A stretch of 64,000 nucleotides of DNA from a bacterium (lineage in GTDB: Bacteria > UBA8248): positions 3,360,001-3,424,000 of the forward strand of contig OY843592.1 of assembly GCA_963692865.2 (NCBI GenBank). The letters run 5' to 3'. This document shows, piece by piece, positions 31,326 to 41,550 of the stretch (position 1 is its first letter; each line of letters starts with the position of its first letter). Made by a program: the position numbers and the translations under genes. A model generated the notes under the pieces. That model saw only the letters and a program-made list of their open reading frames with translations, did no database searches and was not told the origin of the DNA.

Positions 31326-33362
31326 ATGACGCCCACGCGGGAAATCTACTGGAACATCGTCTTCGGCCCCTTGATCTACCTGCTCGCCGCGGCGGCCATC
31401 GGCGTGATGTCCTACGGCATCTACCAGCGCGTGCGCCTTTGGCGGCTGGGCGGAGGGGAACTCAGAACCGATAATCCGGCGAAGCGCCTCTGGGGCGTGG
31501 TGGACGAGTTGGTGCTCCACCGCCGGATGCTGCGGGACACCTACCCGGGCCTCATGCACCTGTTCATCTTCTATGGCTTTTTCGTCGAACTCATCGCCAC
31601 CTCGATGATAGCCGTCCAGGAATGGACGGGAATCCACTACTTGAAGGGAAACCTCTACCTGGGCTACTCGCTGCTGAGCGACGGCTTCGGGCTTTTGGGG
31701 ATCGTCGGCATCGTGATGGCTCTCTGGCGGCGTCTGGTGATGAAGCCCGAGCGCATGAACTCGGTGCTCGACGACTATCTGGCGCTCTGGCTGCTCCTGC
31801 TCGTCTTCGTCCAGGGCTTCGTCGTGGAGGGGCTGCGCATCGCGGCGACGGAATTACGGGACAACCCGGCCCTGGCCCCCTGGTCGCCCGGCGGCTACGC
31901 GGTCGCCCTGACCCTCCAGGGGCTGAGCGTCGAAACGCTCCGGTTCCTCCACCGCATCAACTGGTGGTTCCACGCCGTCACCGCATTCGTCCTGCTCGGC
32001 TACATGGGATTCGGGAAGTTCAACCACATCTGGTACGGCCTGTTGAACATGTTCTGCAGGAACCTGGGACCCAGCGGCAAGCTGAGCTTCATCGACATCG
32101 AGGCGACGATGGAAGCGGACCCCGAGGCCATCGAAACCCTGGGCGTCGAGAAAATCGAGGGATACACCTGGAAGAACCTGCTCGATCTGGACGCCTGCAC
32201 GAACTGCGGCCGCTGCCAGGACGTCTGCCCCGCCTACATGAGCGGCGTGCCGCTCAGCCCCAAAAAGCTTATCCAGGACATGAAGACCCACCTGAGCGAG
32301 GCGGGTCCGGCGGCGCTCGCGGAAAACGGAGAAGCCGCCGAGAGGCCGCCCCTGTTCGGCGAGCCCGGGGACGAACCCGCCGTGCTCGAGGAAGAACTCT
32401 GGGGCTGCCGCACCTGCGGGGCCTGCCAGCAGGAGTGCCCCGTGTTCATCGAGCACATCCCCAAGATGGTGGACATGCGGCGCTACCTGGTGATGATGGA
32501 ATCCAAAACGAGCGAGGACGCGCGCCAGTTCCTGAAGTCGATGGACGAACGGCTCCACCCCTGGGTGGGCGCGCAGCATAACCGCGAGGAGTGGTACGAG
32601 GGTCTGGACGTGAAAGTCCTCGCAAGCGGCGAGAAGGCGGAATACCTCTATTGGGTGGGCTGTACGGGCTCGATGATCGACCGCAACATCGAGGTATCAA
32701 AGGCGATGGTGAAGATTTTGAGCGCGGCGGGCGTGGACTTCGCCATCCTGGGCGCGGAGGAGGTCTGCACGGGCGACCCGGCCCGGCGCGTCGGGGGCGA
32801 ATTCACCTTCCAGATGTGCGCAAAGCAGAACATCGAGACGCTGAACGGCTATGAGGTGCAGAAAATCATCACCACATGCCCGCATTGCTTCAACACGTAC
32901 AAGAACGAATACCCCGACTTCGGGGGAAACTACGAGGTGGTGCACCACACGCAACTCATCGCGGAACTCATCAAATCAGGAAGGCTCAAGCTCAAGAAAT
33001 CGCTCGGCTCACTCACCTATCACGACCCCTGCTACCTGGGCCGCCACAACGGCGTATACGACGCGCCGCGCGAGGTTTTGCACCAGATATCGGACGGCGG
33101 CTTCACCGAACTCGCGCGCAACCGCTCGCGTTCTCTGTGCTGCGGCGCGGGAGGCGGCTACGCCTGGATGGACGACGAACCCCAAAAGCGCATCAACCAC
33201 GAGCGGCTCGAGGACGTGAAGGCCTGCGGGGCCAAAACCGCCGCCGTATCGTGTCCCTTCTGCATGCAGATGTTCGACGACGCACTCAAGGCGCTCGACC
33301 CGGAGAAGAACATCCGCGCCGCCGACATCGCCGAACTCGTCGCCGAGGCGATTGAGGAATAG
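31326..33362 (+). CDS. Membrane Fe-S oxidoreductase (FadF/HdrD-like, with CCG domains)
   Basis: N-terminal TM helices, CTNCGRCQDVCP, CRTCGACQQECP, TCPHC, HDPCYLGR, CCGAGGG. Confidence 0.88.
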   Translation: MTPTREIYWNIVFGPLIYLLAAAAIGVMSYGIYQRVRLWRLGGGELRTDNPAKRLWGVVDELVLHRRMLRDTYPGLMHLFIFYGFFVELIATSMIAVQEWTGIHYLKGNLYLGYSLLSDGFGLLGIVGIVMALWRRLVMKPERMNSVLDDYLALWLLLLVFVQGFVVEGLRIAATELRDNPALAPWSPGGYAVALTLQGLSVETLRFLHRINWWFHAVTAFVLLGYMGFGKFNHIWYGLLNMFCRNLGPSGKLSFIDIEATMEADPEAIETLGVEKIEGYTWKNLLDLDACTNCGRCQDVCPAYMSGVPLSPKKLIQDMKTHLSEAGPAALAENGEAAERPPLFGEPGDEPAVLEEELWGCRTCGACQQECPVFIEHIPKMVDMRRYLVMMESKTSEDARQFLKSMDERLHPWVGAQHNREEWYEGLDVKVLASGEKAEYLYWVGCTGSMIDRNIEVSKAMVKILSAAGVDFAILGAEEVCTGDPARRVGGEFTFQMCAKQNIETLNGYEVQKIITTCPHCFNTYKNEYPDFGGNYEVVHHTQLIAELIKSGRLKLKKSLGSLTYHDPCYLGRHNGVYDAPREVLHQISDGGFTELARNRSRSLCCGAGGGYAWMDDEPQKRINHERLEDVKACGAKTAAVSCPFCMQMFDDALKALDPEKNIRAADIAELVAEAIEE

Positions 33363-33612
33363 GAGCCGCCCGACTTCTTGTCCCGCCCGATGCGGCGTCG
33401 GCCCCGTATTTTCGTTTCGTTTCACATACTCGCCCGCCATTTTCGCGGCGGGAGTCCGCAATCCCGAGCCTTTCCGGCGTCTTTTTTTTTGAAAAACGAA
33501 ATAAATAAAGAGATAATCGACCGTATCGGAGCGACGCCGACGATATCAACCCGCTCGCGAGACCGATCCGAATCAGGGCGGATGCTCCCGTACCGACGTT
33601 GGGAGGAACCGG

Positions 33613-34452
33613 ATGAGAAACATGCTCCGGAGATTCAAAAAATTGTTCGGGGCTTCGCGCGAAGGCGAGGAACAGGCTCCGCCTTCTTTCCTGCCGGAAA
33701 GCGCGGAAATCCGCGAGGAGACGCTTGACGGACGGGAGCTCACGTCTGAGACCGAAAACGCCCGATTCCTCGGTGAAATCGTCAACCGCTCCATTCATCT
33801 GAGCCAACTCGCCGGCGAACAGGCGAAGGCGGGGGATATCGAGGGCGCCATCGAGACCGCCCGAGGCATCGGCAGCGCCCTTTTCTACGCCTCCGCCTTG
33901 CGGGAAATCGCCATCGCGCAGGCGAGGGCGGGACACATCAGCGAAGCCATCGAAACGATACGCCGAATCGACGACCCCGATGATCAGATGGAGGCGCTCA
34001 AGCACTTCTCCGCCGTTCAGAGTGGTCCCGCCGCTGCAATCGCCTCCCACACGTTGAACGCCGCACTGGAGGCTATCGAGGAGATCCGCGACGAAAAAAG
34101 CCTTTCCGAAGAAGCGTGGCGAAACGTCATGGACCTGACCGAGGCGGGAGATTTCACCGCCGCCGTTCAGAGCGCCCGCGAAATCGGCGATCCTTCCTGG
34201 CGCTCATGGGCGTTACAGGAAATCGCCACGGGCCAGGCGAATGCGGGAGACTTCCCCTCCGCTCTCAACTCCGCGGGCGGCATCAGCAAGATTCCCTACC
34301 GCTCCTGGGCCTATCGGGACATCGCCGTTGCGCAGGCCGAAGCCGGGCAAATCGACGCCGCCCTCGATACCGCGCAGCGCATTGAAGACCCCGAGGACAG
34401 CGAGCAGGCGCTGGCGGCCATCGAAGAACAAAAGGAGCAACGCGGCGACTAG
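33613..34452 (+). CDS. Hypothetical helical-repeat (TPR-like) protein, copy 1
   Basis: Repeated ALxEIAxAQAxAGxxxxAxxTAxxI units. Confidence 0.65.
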   Translation: MRNMLRRFKKLFGASREGEEQAPPSFLPESAEIREETLDGRELTSETENARFLGEIVNRSIHLSQLAGEQAKAGDIEGAIETARGIGSALFYASALREIAIAQARAGHISEAIETIRRIDDPDDQMEALKHFSAVQSGPAAAIASHTLNAALEAIEEIRDEKSLSEEAWRNVMDLTEAGDFTAAVQSAREIGDPSWRSWALQEIATGQANAGDFPSALNSAGGISKIPYRSWAYRDIAVAQAEAGQIDAALDTAQRIEDPEDSEQALAAIEEQKEQRGD

Positions 34453-34768
34453 CGCGTGAAACCGAGGTGTCGATTCCGGTGGACTCTTCGGCGAAGCAAG
34501 GAGGGAGTCAGGGAGCGCCCGGACCTTCGCCCCCTGTCTGGTTCGGGCTTCGGCCGCGGATTTCGACAAGTCTCCCGAAACTCTCCCGCCATTTTCGCAA
34601 CGACGGGCCGGAAACTTCGGTTATTTCTTGACAAGAATGAAGCGGCGTATTGAAATGCGAATGCGGCACAAGACTCAATCCGTTTGAACCGAATCGGTGG
34701 AGAAGCCTCGTTGACGCATCATGCCTCCGGGGGGTGATGTTCCCGCATGGGGCATTGAGGAACACCCG

Positions 34769-35605
34769 GTGCCAAAGATATTCAGAAACCTGATGAAACG
34801 TCTCGGCATTTCCCGCGAAGGAGAGAAGTCGGTTCCGGCTGCCTCCGGCGAATCGGAGCGCACGAAGGGAACAGATACAGCCGGCCAGACGCACGAATCG
34901 GCGGATGAAATCTCCCGATACTTCGAGGAGACCACCAATAACTCCATGTCCCTTCACCGGCTCGTCTCCGCTCAGGCGGAGGCGGAGGATATCGATGACG
35001 CCATCGAGACCGCAAAGGGCATCGGCAGTTCCCTGTTTTACGCCGCCGCCCTGATGAAAATCGGCATCGCGCAAGCGCAGGCGGGACATATCCAGGGCGC
35101 CATAGAGACGATACGCCGCATCGACGACCCCGAGGATTGCGCCGAGGTGCTGAAGCACTTCTCCTACATCAAGAACATGGCCAGTCCGGAAACCATCGAC
35201 GATTTAATCAGAGTCTCTATGGAAGGAATCAGAGAAATCCGCGACGACGAGGATTCCGCCCGGACATCCTGGGAAACCGCCACGAGTCTGGCCGGGAAGG
35301 GAGATTTCACCGCCGCCGTTCAGGCCGCGCGTGACATCGCCGACCCCTTCTGGCGCTCGTGGACCTTACAGGAAATCGCCACCGCGCAGGCGCTGGCGGG
35401 GCGTTTCGCCGCCGCTCTCAAATGCGCAGGCGGCATAGGCCAACCCATCTACCGCTCCTGGGCCTATAAAGATATCGCAACCGCGCAGGTAGAGGCGGGA
35501 CAAATCGACGCCGCTCTCGATACCGCGCGCCGCATCGAAGACCCCGAACACCGCGCCGAAGCGACGGCGGCCATCGAAAAACTCAAGGAACAACGCGGCG
35601 AGTAG
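34769..35605 (+). CDS. Hypothetical helical-repeat (TPR-like) protein, copy 2
   Basis: Colinear paralog of copy 1; GTG start after GAGG. Confidence 0.65.
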   Translation: MPKIFRNLMKRLGISREGEKSVPAASGESERTKGTDTAGQTHESADEISRYFEETTNNSMSLHRLVSAQAEAEDIDDAIETAKGIGSSLFYAAALMKIGIAQAQAGHIQGAIETIRRIDDPEDCAEVLKHFSYIKNMASPETIDDLIRVSMEGIREIRDDEDSARTSWETATSLAGKGDFTAAVQAARDIADPFWRSWTLQEIATAQALAGRFAAALKCAGGIGQPIYRSWAYKDIATAQVEAGQIDAALDTARRIEDPEHRAEATAAIEKLKEQRGE

Positions 35606-35751
35606 CGAGCGGCACCCCATCCCGAGTACTTACCCTGAAATCAAACGTCCGCCGATAAAAACCGCAGCCGAAGCCGCGCGGCCTTCTGTGCGCTCCGGCG
35701 CATCATCGGGGTGTCCTCAAGCGGCGTGGGCGAAGCTGGGAAGTCCGTCCG

Positions 35752-36447
35752 TCAGCGGGATTCGTCTTCGCGACCGGCGGGGGCGACGCGGATGTCGCCG
35801 TACCAGCCCCGCGCCGAAAGCCCGCTGTTGTCCGAGTCGGTCATGATGGCGACGTGGGTGACCTCGGTGATGTCGCGGCCGAAGTAGCGCCTGAAATCCT
35901 CGCGCATGTTCCGGCGATGGGTGCGCCACCGCCCGGCGTGGCTCGCGCCCGAATCGACGGCGACCATGCGCGCTTTTTTCGTGAAGGGGTTCGGCCAGGA
36001 GGAGCCTTCGGGCCGGCGGCTGGCCCAGACGTAGACCACCGAATCCGGGAAAGAGAGCATCCCGGCGCCGGGGGCGATGAAATACACGCGGGCGGCGAAG
36101 TCGTCCCCCTCTTTCGATAGTTCATCCGGCGGGTCGACGGGGCGCTCGACCCGCCAGCGCCAGATGAGGATCGGCGTTTTCGTGAGGTCGATCTTCCGCT
36201 CCAGAACGAGGCCGGACGCGGCCCCCTCGCTCACCGCCTCGAGGACGATTTCGCCCCCCCGGTCCCTGACGAGGCGATAGCGGGTCTCTCCCTTGAAGCT
36301 CTTGGAGCGCCAGCCTGTGAGGTCGCCCGCCGAAAATCGTCCGAGCGCTACCTCCTGCGCGCGGGGGGCGCCGGGAGCGAGCGCGAGGAGCGCGACCAAC
36401 GAACCGAGGGCCACGGCGGGGAATTTACGAAAACGGTAAGGGCGCAC
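35752..36447 (-). CDS. DUF3047-like exported protein
   Basis: Signal peptide, WRWRV, DDFAARVY, YVWA, AIMTDSDN. Confidence 0.78.
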   Translation of the reverse strand: MRPYRFRKFPAVALGSLVALLALAPGAPRAQEVALGRFSAGDLTGWRSKSFKGETRYRLVRDRGGEIVLEAVSEGAASGLVLERKIDLTKTPILIWRWRVERPVDPPDELSKEGDDFAARVYFIAPGAGMLSFPDSVVYVWASRRPEGSSWPNPFTKKARMVAVDSGASHAGRWRTHRRNMREDFRRYFGRDITEVTHVAIMTDSDNSGLSARGWYGDIRVAPAGREDESR

Positions 36448-36457
36448 CCGGAAAACC

Positions 36458-37126
36458 TCAGCGGCAAAACGGCCATATCTGATACCACGAATCGCAGCGG
36501 AACCTCGATTCGCAGCGCGCGAGCTGGGCCTGGTAGCGCCGGGCGGTCTCGGCCACCCGCTGCGCGGCGCGCCGCAGGGCGGGCTTCTTTTTCCAGGTGC
36601 CGCGCCGGTAGCCGCCCCTTCCGTCGTGGTAGGCGAGATAGAGCCTGCGCGCGTCGCGCAGGGAGATGCCCAGTTCGCGCCGGGTCTTGGCGTTGTACCA
36701 GCCGATGAAGTCGAGCGCGTCCTTCATGCTCGTCCGGCTGCTCAAGGCGCTGCCGCGCTCCGCCTTGTACTCACGCCAGGTCTGGTTCAGGGACTGCGCA
36801 TAGCCCAGGGCCGTAGAGGCGCGGCCGAGCGGGATGAACAGGAACCATCGCATCGGCGGCCTCGCGTGGCTCTGGAAGCTCGATTCCTTCCACACGAACG
36901 CCATGAGCACGTGCACCGGCGTGCCCCAGCGCTTCTCGGACGCGCGGGCGTAGTCGTACCAGTCGGGCTGCTGCTCGAAAACCGCGCAGATGTTCCCCTG
37001 CCGCCTCGGCGTGGGCGTCACGCAGCCGCTTACGAGGAAAGCGAGGGCGATGGCCAAGGCGACACGGCGGCGCAAGCGCGCGCGCCATTTCCAGAGTCCG
37101 TTCGAGCGAACGAGTGAGAAAGGCAT
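36458..37126 (-). CDS. Lytic transglycosylase SLT-like lipoprotein
   Basis: Lipobox VSGC, KESSF, STALGYAQ, DFIGWY, LYLAYHDG; start uncertain. Confidence 0.75.
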   Translation of the reverse strand: MPFSLVRSNGLWKWRARLRRRVALAIALAFLVSGCVTPTPRRQGNICAVFEQQPDWYDYARASEKRWGTPVHVLMAFVWKESSFQSHARPPMRWFLFIPLGRASTALGYAQSLNQTWREYKAERGSALSSRTSMKDALDFIGWYNAKTRRELGISLRDARRLYLAYHDGRGGYRRGTWKKKPALRRAAQRVAETARRYQAQLARCESRFRCDSWYQIWPFCR

Positions 37127-37195
37127 CGGCTCATCATCTCCATGACCGGGCGGAGATGCGTTTGTTGTTAATAAATGCACGGCAAAAGGTTTTGT

Positions 37196-37398
37196 CAATC
37201 ATTTTCGCCCAAAAATGAGCGACAAACGGCTTTGTTGTTCATACGTGAGCGACAAGGCGTTTTTTTCGTCTCTATTCGGGCGGCGATGGTGCGTTTCTGC
37301 CAACGAGTGCGAAAAAACCGGCGTTTCCGATCACTTTCAGCCCAAAAGTGCTGCACAAACAAGTTTGTGTTGCATAGATGCGCCTCAAAACGGCTTTT
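37196..37398. repeat. 203-bp direct repeat, copy downstream of fic
   Basis: Aligns without gaps to 38633-38835 with scattered substitutions. Confidence 0.92.
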
Positions 37399-38500
37399 TC
37401 CCCTCCGCAGTGTTGAGTAAATCAGGGAATGAAAGGATAGGCGATCGGCGACCTCCCCCACTTCTAACAACGCTCAGGACTTCATTTTGCCGAAGCACTC
37501 GAAGCACACGCCGCGCCGTCGGCTCAGGAATGCCCGCCGTGTTCACAAAATCAATGCTGCGGAAAATTGGACGCTCAAAGATCCAGTCCAGGGCGTGGAC
37601 GGCGTAGTGGGAGCGGGTCAATTCCGCCACACGTATTTTCATGTCCTCGTAGAGGTCGAGAATGGCCCTGGCTTTGGCCAGATTGTCCTCCGCCTGCACC
37701 TTCACCCCTTCGAGAAAGAATCTGGACCAGCCAGTCCAATCTTCGTCGCGCGAGACGGCGAGCAGCCCATCATAATACGCATCGCGATGCGCTTCGAAAT
37801 AGGCGCTGATGTAGAACATGGGACGGCTGATGAGACCACGCTGCCAAAGGAAAAGAGGCGCCAGCATCCGCCCCAGTCGGCCGTTGCCGTCCAGGAAAGG
37901 GTGCAGGGCTTCGAACTCGGCGTGCAGAACGGCCGCCTGCACCAGTAGAGCGGGCGTATCCTGGTGCATATATCGTTCCCAGGCGCTCATGGCCTCGTCG
38001 AGTTTCTCCGCCCCGATAGGCACGAACGTGGCGGTGTCGATGGAACATCCCGGCGGCCCGATCCAGTTGGGGATGCGCCTATACTCACCGGGGGACTTGT
38101 TCCTCCCACGCACCCCGGAAAGCAATAAGCGGTGTGTCTCGCGGATGACTCTCCCGGAAAGCGGCAACGTTTCCAACATCTTCTCTGCATTCCGCATCGC
38201 GGCGCGGTAGTTGCGTATTTCTTCGATGTCGTCACGACGTTCAGGGGAATCCACCTCCTGCCCCGCCTCGAACTCCAGCACTTCGCCCATGGTGGCCTGG
38301 GTGCCCTCGATGCGCGAGGAGAGCACCGCCTCCTGGGTAGTCAAAGGCGAAAGCAACACGCCGGGGTTGGGGATGGCGGCAAGCACGCCGTCGTAGCGCG
38401 CCAGGGCCGCGACCGCAGGGCCGAGCAGCGGCACGAGCGCTTCCCAATCGAGGCTATCCTCGGGAGGAAAACGCCCTTCATGGTAGTGAACCGGAGTCAT
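37385..38500 (-). CDS. Fic family protein (class II, with C-terminal HTH-like region)
   Basis: HPFLDGNGRLGR catalytic motif; N-terminal inhibitory SSRIEG. Confidence 0.93.
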   Translation of the reverse strand: MTPVHYHEGRFPPEDSLDWEALVPLLGPAVAALARYDGVLAAIPNPGVLLSPLTTQEAVLSSRIEGTQATMGEVLEFEAGQEVDSPERRDDIEEIRNYRAAMRNAEKMLETLPLSGRVIRETHRLLLSGVRGRNKSPGEYRRIPNWIGPPGCSIDTATFVPIGAEKLDEAMSAWERYMHQDTPALLVQAAVLHAEFEALHPFLDGNGRLGRMLAPLFLWQRGLISRPMFYISAYFEAHRDAYYDGLLAVSRDEDWTGWSRFFLEGVKVQAEDNLAKARAILDLYEDMKIRVAELTRSHYAVHALDWIFERPIFRSIDFVNTAGIPEPTARRVLRVLRQNEVLSVVRSGGGRRSPILSFPDLLNTAEGKKPF

Positions 38501-38632
38501 CTATCCTATCCAAACCTCTTCATAAAACTGTTGATGATGATTTTCTCCATCGAAAAAAGCGCTCAGTCGCCCACAAACCAACTCTTGATGATACTACTTA
38601 TCTCTTGATAATGAAATTGATGCCGCCCTTGC

Positions 38633-38835
38633 CAATCATTTTCGCCCAAAAGTGAGCGGCAAGCGGTTTTGTCGTTCATACGTGAGCGACAAGGCGTTTT
38701 TTTCGTCTCTATTCGGGCGGCGATAGTGCGTTTCTGCCAACGAGTGCGAAAAAACCGGCGTTTCTGATCACTTTCAGCCCAAAAGTGATCCACAAACAAG
38801 TTTGTGTTGCATAGATGCGCCTCAAAACGGCTTTT
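38633..38835. repeat. 203-bp direct repeat, copy upstream of fic
   Basis: Aligns to 37196-37398. Confidence 0.92.
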
Positions 38836-38879
38836 CTCTGCCGTGATACTGAAAATATGGGCGGTGGACGGATTTCGTA

Positions 38880-40037
38880 TCAGTTGAGCAGATGCTTGGC
38901 GATGACCTGGCGGAGTATCTCGTTCGTCCCCTCGTAGATCTGCGTCACCTTCGAAGCCCGGTAGAAGCGCTCCACGGGATACTCGCGCATGTAGCCGTTG
39001 CCCCCGTGGAGTTGAACGCCCTCCTCCGCGTTGCGCTGGGCGGCGTCGGTGGCGAACACCTTGGCGACGGCGGCTTCGGCCGAGTAGGGCGCGCCCGCCT
39101 CCTTGAGCCGCGCCGCCTTGAGCGTCAGCAGACGCGCGCCGTGGACGCGCACGGCCATGTCGGCGAGCTTCCAGCCCACCGGCTGGTGATCCTTTATCGG
39201 CGCGCCGAACGTCTCGCGCTCGCGCGCGTAGGCCACCGAGGCGTCGAGACACGCCCGCGCGAAGCCCAGCCCCTGGGCGGCGACGATGATGCGCCCCGAA
39301 TCCAGGATGCGCATCGCGAGCTCGAAGCCCTGCCCCTCATCCCCCATGCGGTTCGCCTCGGGCAGTTCCACGGCGTCGAAGCGAAGTTCCGATATCGAAC
39401 ACCCGTGCATCCCCATCTTGTCCTCGCTGCGCACGACCTCGAATCCCCGGGCGTCGCTCGGGACGAGAAAGGCGCTCAGCCCCTTGTGGCGCATGGCGCG
39501 ATCGGTCACCGCGAAGAGAAGGCACAGGCCCGCCTGCTTGCCGCTCGTGATGAAGCGCTTGACGCCGCTTACGCGGTAGACGTCCCCCTCGCGCACGGCG
39601 CTGGTGGTGAGCGAGGCGGCGTCAGAACCCGCGCCCGGCTCCGTCAGCGCGAAGGCGCCGATGCACTCGCCGCTCGCCAGGTCGTAGAGGAATTTTTCTT
39701 TTTGCCCCTCGCTCCCGTAGAGATACAAGGGATCGCAGACCAGCGAGTTGTGCGCCGCGAAAATCGCGCTCGTCGAAGGGCACGCGGCGGCGACTTCTTC
39801 CGTCGCCAGCGCCATCGAGACGGGGTCCGCGCCGCCTCCGCCGTAGGAATCCGGCACCGTGAGGCCCATCAGCCCGAGCTCGCCCATCCCCTTCACGACC
39901 TCCGCCGGGAAGCGGCCCTCGTCTATCTCCGCCGCCACCGGGGCGATCTCGCGCTCGCAGAAATCGCGCACCATATCGCGCACCATCTTCTGCTCGTCGC
40001 TCAGGAAACCATTGTTCTGCATCACCCAAGCCTCCAC
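38880..40037 (-). CDS. Acyl-CoA dehydrogenase
   Basis: FALTEPGAGSD, QLHGGNGY, IYEGTNEI. Confidence 0.94.
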   Translation of the reverse strand: MEAWVMQNNGFLSDEQKMVRDMVRDFCEREIAPVAAEIDEGRFPAEVVKGMGELGLMGLTVPDSYGGGGADPVSMALATEEVAAACPSTSAIFAAHNSLVCDPLYLYGSEGQKEKFLYDLASGECIGAFALTEPGAGSDAASLTTSAVREGDVYRVSGVKRFITSGKQAGLCLLFAVTDRAMRHKGLSAFLVPSDARGFEVVRSEDKMGMHGCSISELRFDAVELPEANRMGDEGQGFELAMRILDSGRIIVAAQGLGFARACLDASVAYARERETFGAPIKDHQPVGWKLADMAVRVHGARLLTLKAARLKEAGAPYSAEAAVAKVFATDAAQRNAEEGVQLHGGNGYMREYPVERFYRASKVTQIYEGTNEILRQVIAKHLLN

Positions 40038-40226
40038 GGCGAATCGCTCCGCCGCCTCCGGTTCATTCCATAGACCCGACCTTTCAGGCCGACAATGTAG
40101 CAGGGCCTTGCCCGAAAATCACCTAAGCGGCATCATGGGGCGAAAATCGAAAGTTATGTCAGTTCACCCACCGGGATGATTCCCCGGAATCCCGAAGGCT
40201 GCGTACAGGCGCACAAGGAGAAGACC

Positions 40227-41207
40227 ATGACGGACAACATAGGCGTCCTCACGAGAGAGGACGTGCTCGATAGCCTCAATAACCTGCGCGCGGCGCAGGA
40301 GGTCGATTATTCGGCGTTTTATTCGAGCCACCTGGGCGGCGTGGTGACGGACCCCGCCCTGATGGTCATCCCCTTCGACGACCACATGGTCCACCGGGGC
40401 CACGGCATCTTCGACACGGCGGCCATCATCGAGGGGAAGATCTATGATCTCGAAAACCACCTGGACCGCTTTATCCGATCGGCGGAGGCGTCCAAGCTCG
40501 AACTGCCGAGCCGAGAGGAGATGCGCGAGATCGTCATCCGCACGAGCGCGCTCTCGGGCCGCCGCGAGGGATCCATCCGCTACTGGGCCTCCTCGGGAAC
40601 CGGAAATCTCGGGCTGATACCCGCCGGAGACGCCAAGCCCGCCTTTTTCGTGATGATCTTCGGCGGACTCGATTATCCCGAGCGCTACTACGCCGAGGGG
40701 ATGCGCGTGATGACGACCACCTACCCCATCAAGCCGCCGCTCTACGCGGTCACCAAGAGCACGAACTACCTGCCCAACACCCTCATGCAGATGGAGGCGA
40801 AAGAAGGCGGCCTCGACAACGGCATCTTCGTGGACGAGGCGGGCAACGTGGGCGAGGGCTCGAACATGAACTGCGCCTTCGTTACGGCGGGCGGCGTGCT
40901 GCGCCATCCCAGATTCGACAACATTCTCTCGGGCTGCACCGTGAAGCGCCTGCTCGAACTCGCGAGCCGTCTGGTGGAGCAGGGCGTCATCAATGACGTG
41001 GTGGTGGATGACATCCCCGCCGCCGAGGCCAAGGCGTCCGCCGAGATGATGCTCATCGGAAGCTCGATATACGTCGCCCCCGTCGTGCAGTGGGACGATC
41101 AGGTCATCGGGGACGGAAAACCCGGCCCCGTGACGAAGGCGATGCGCGAGTTGCTCGAAGAAGACATGCGCTCGGGCGAGGGAATGCTCATCGACGTGCC
41201 GTATTAG
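40227..41207 (+). CDS. Aminotransferase class IV (D-amino-acid transaminase/ADC lyase-like)
   Basis: DDHMVHRGHGIFDT, HLDRF, KSTNYLPN, EGSNMN, ILSGCT; AGGAG before ATG 40227. Confidence 0.88.
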   Translation: MTDNIGVLTREDVLDSLNNLRAAQEVDYSAFYSSHLGGVVTDPALMVIPFDDHMVHRGHGIFDTAAIIEGKIYDLENHLDRFIRSAEASKLELPSREEMREIVIRTSALSGRREGSIRYWASSGTGNLGLIPAGDAKPAFFVMIFGGLDYPERYYAEGMRVMTTTYPIKPPLYAVTKSTNYLPNTLMQMEAKEGGLDNGIFVDEAGNVGEGSNMNCAFVTAGGVLRHPRFDNILSGCTVKRLLELASRLVEQGVINDVVVDDIPAAEAKASAEMMLIGSSIYVAPVVQWDDQVIGDGKPGPVTKAMRELLEEDMRSGEGMLIDVPY

Positions 41208-41247
41208 CCGGCCCGAGGTTCGCAAGGCTGTTGCGATAAGCCCTTTG

Positions 41248-41411
41248 GGGCTGTAGAGAAAGTCCTGAATTCGTGATTCGACGAATGGAGCCGACCGGGG
41301 AGGAGTATCCGTAGGGACAGGCCTCCGTGCCTGTCCGAGGTCGCGACCTGTAGATAGCCCCGAGGAAGGGTTGTGACTACAAGAGGCGGTGCGGTTTTGT
41401 TCGTCATTCCG
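41248..41411 (+). repeat. 164-bp element, inverted copy of 43540-43703
   Basis: Shares GCCGACCGGGGAGG, GCCTGTCCGAGGT, AGCCCCGAGGA and GAGGCGGTGCGGTTTTGTTCG with the reverse complement of 43540-43703. Confidence 0.85.
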
Positions 41412-41430
41412 GCAAAAGCCGCCGCACCGA

Positions 41431-41514
41431 CCTCACCCTGAGTAGCCGCCGAAGGCGGCGTATCGAAGGGCGCTCCCTCGATACGGCGCGCGAGCGCGCC
41501 TACTCGGGATGAGG
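41431..41514. repeat. REP-like inverted doublet forming a multi-hairpin structure
   Basis: Outer CCTCACCCTGAGTAG/CTACTCGGGATGAGG; inner GCCGCC/GGCGGC, CGTATCGA/TCGATACG, GGCGCGC/GCGCGCC. Confidence 0.7.
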
Positions 41515-41550
41515 GAATTGTGTCATCGCGGGTCGGACCCAATTTATGAG

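Noticed and set aside
37196-38835. Integron attC sites flanking fic
   Set aside because: The repeats are longer than typical attC sites, lack a clear end-to-end RYYYAAC...GTTRRRY palindrome, and no integron integrase is present.
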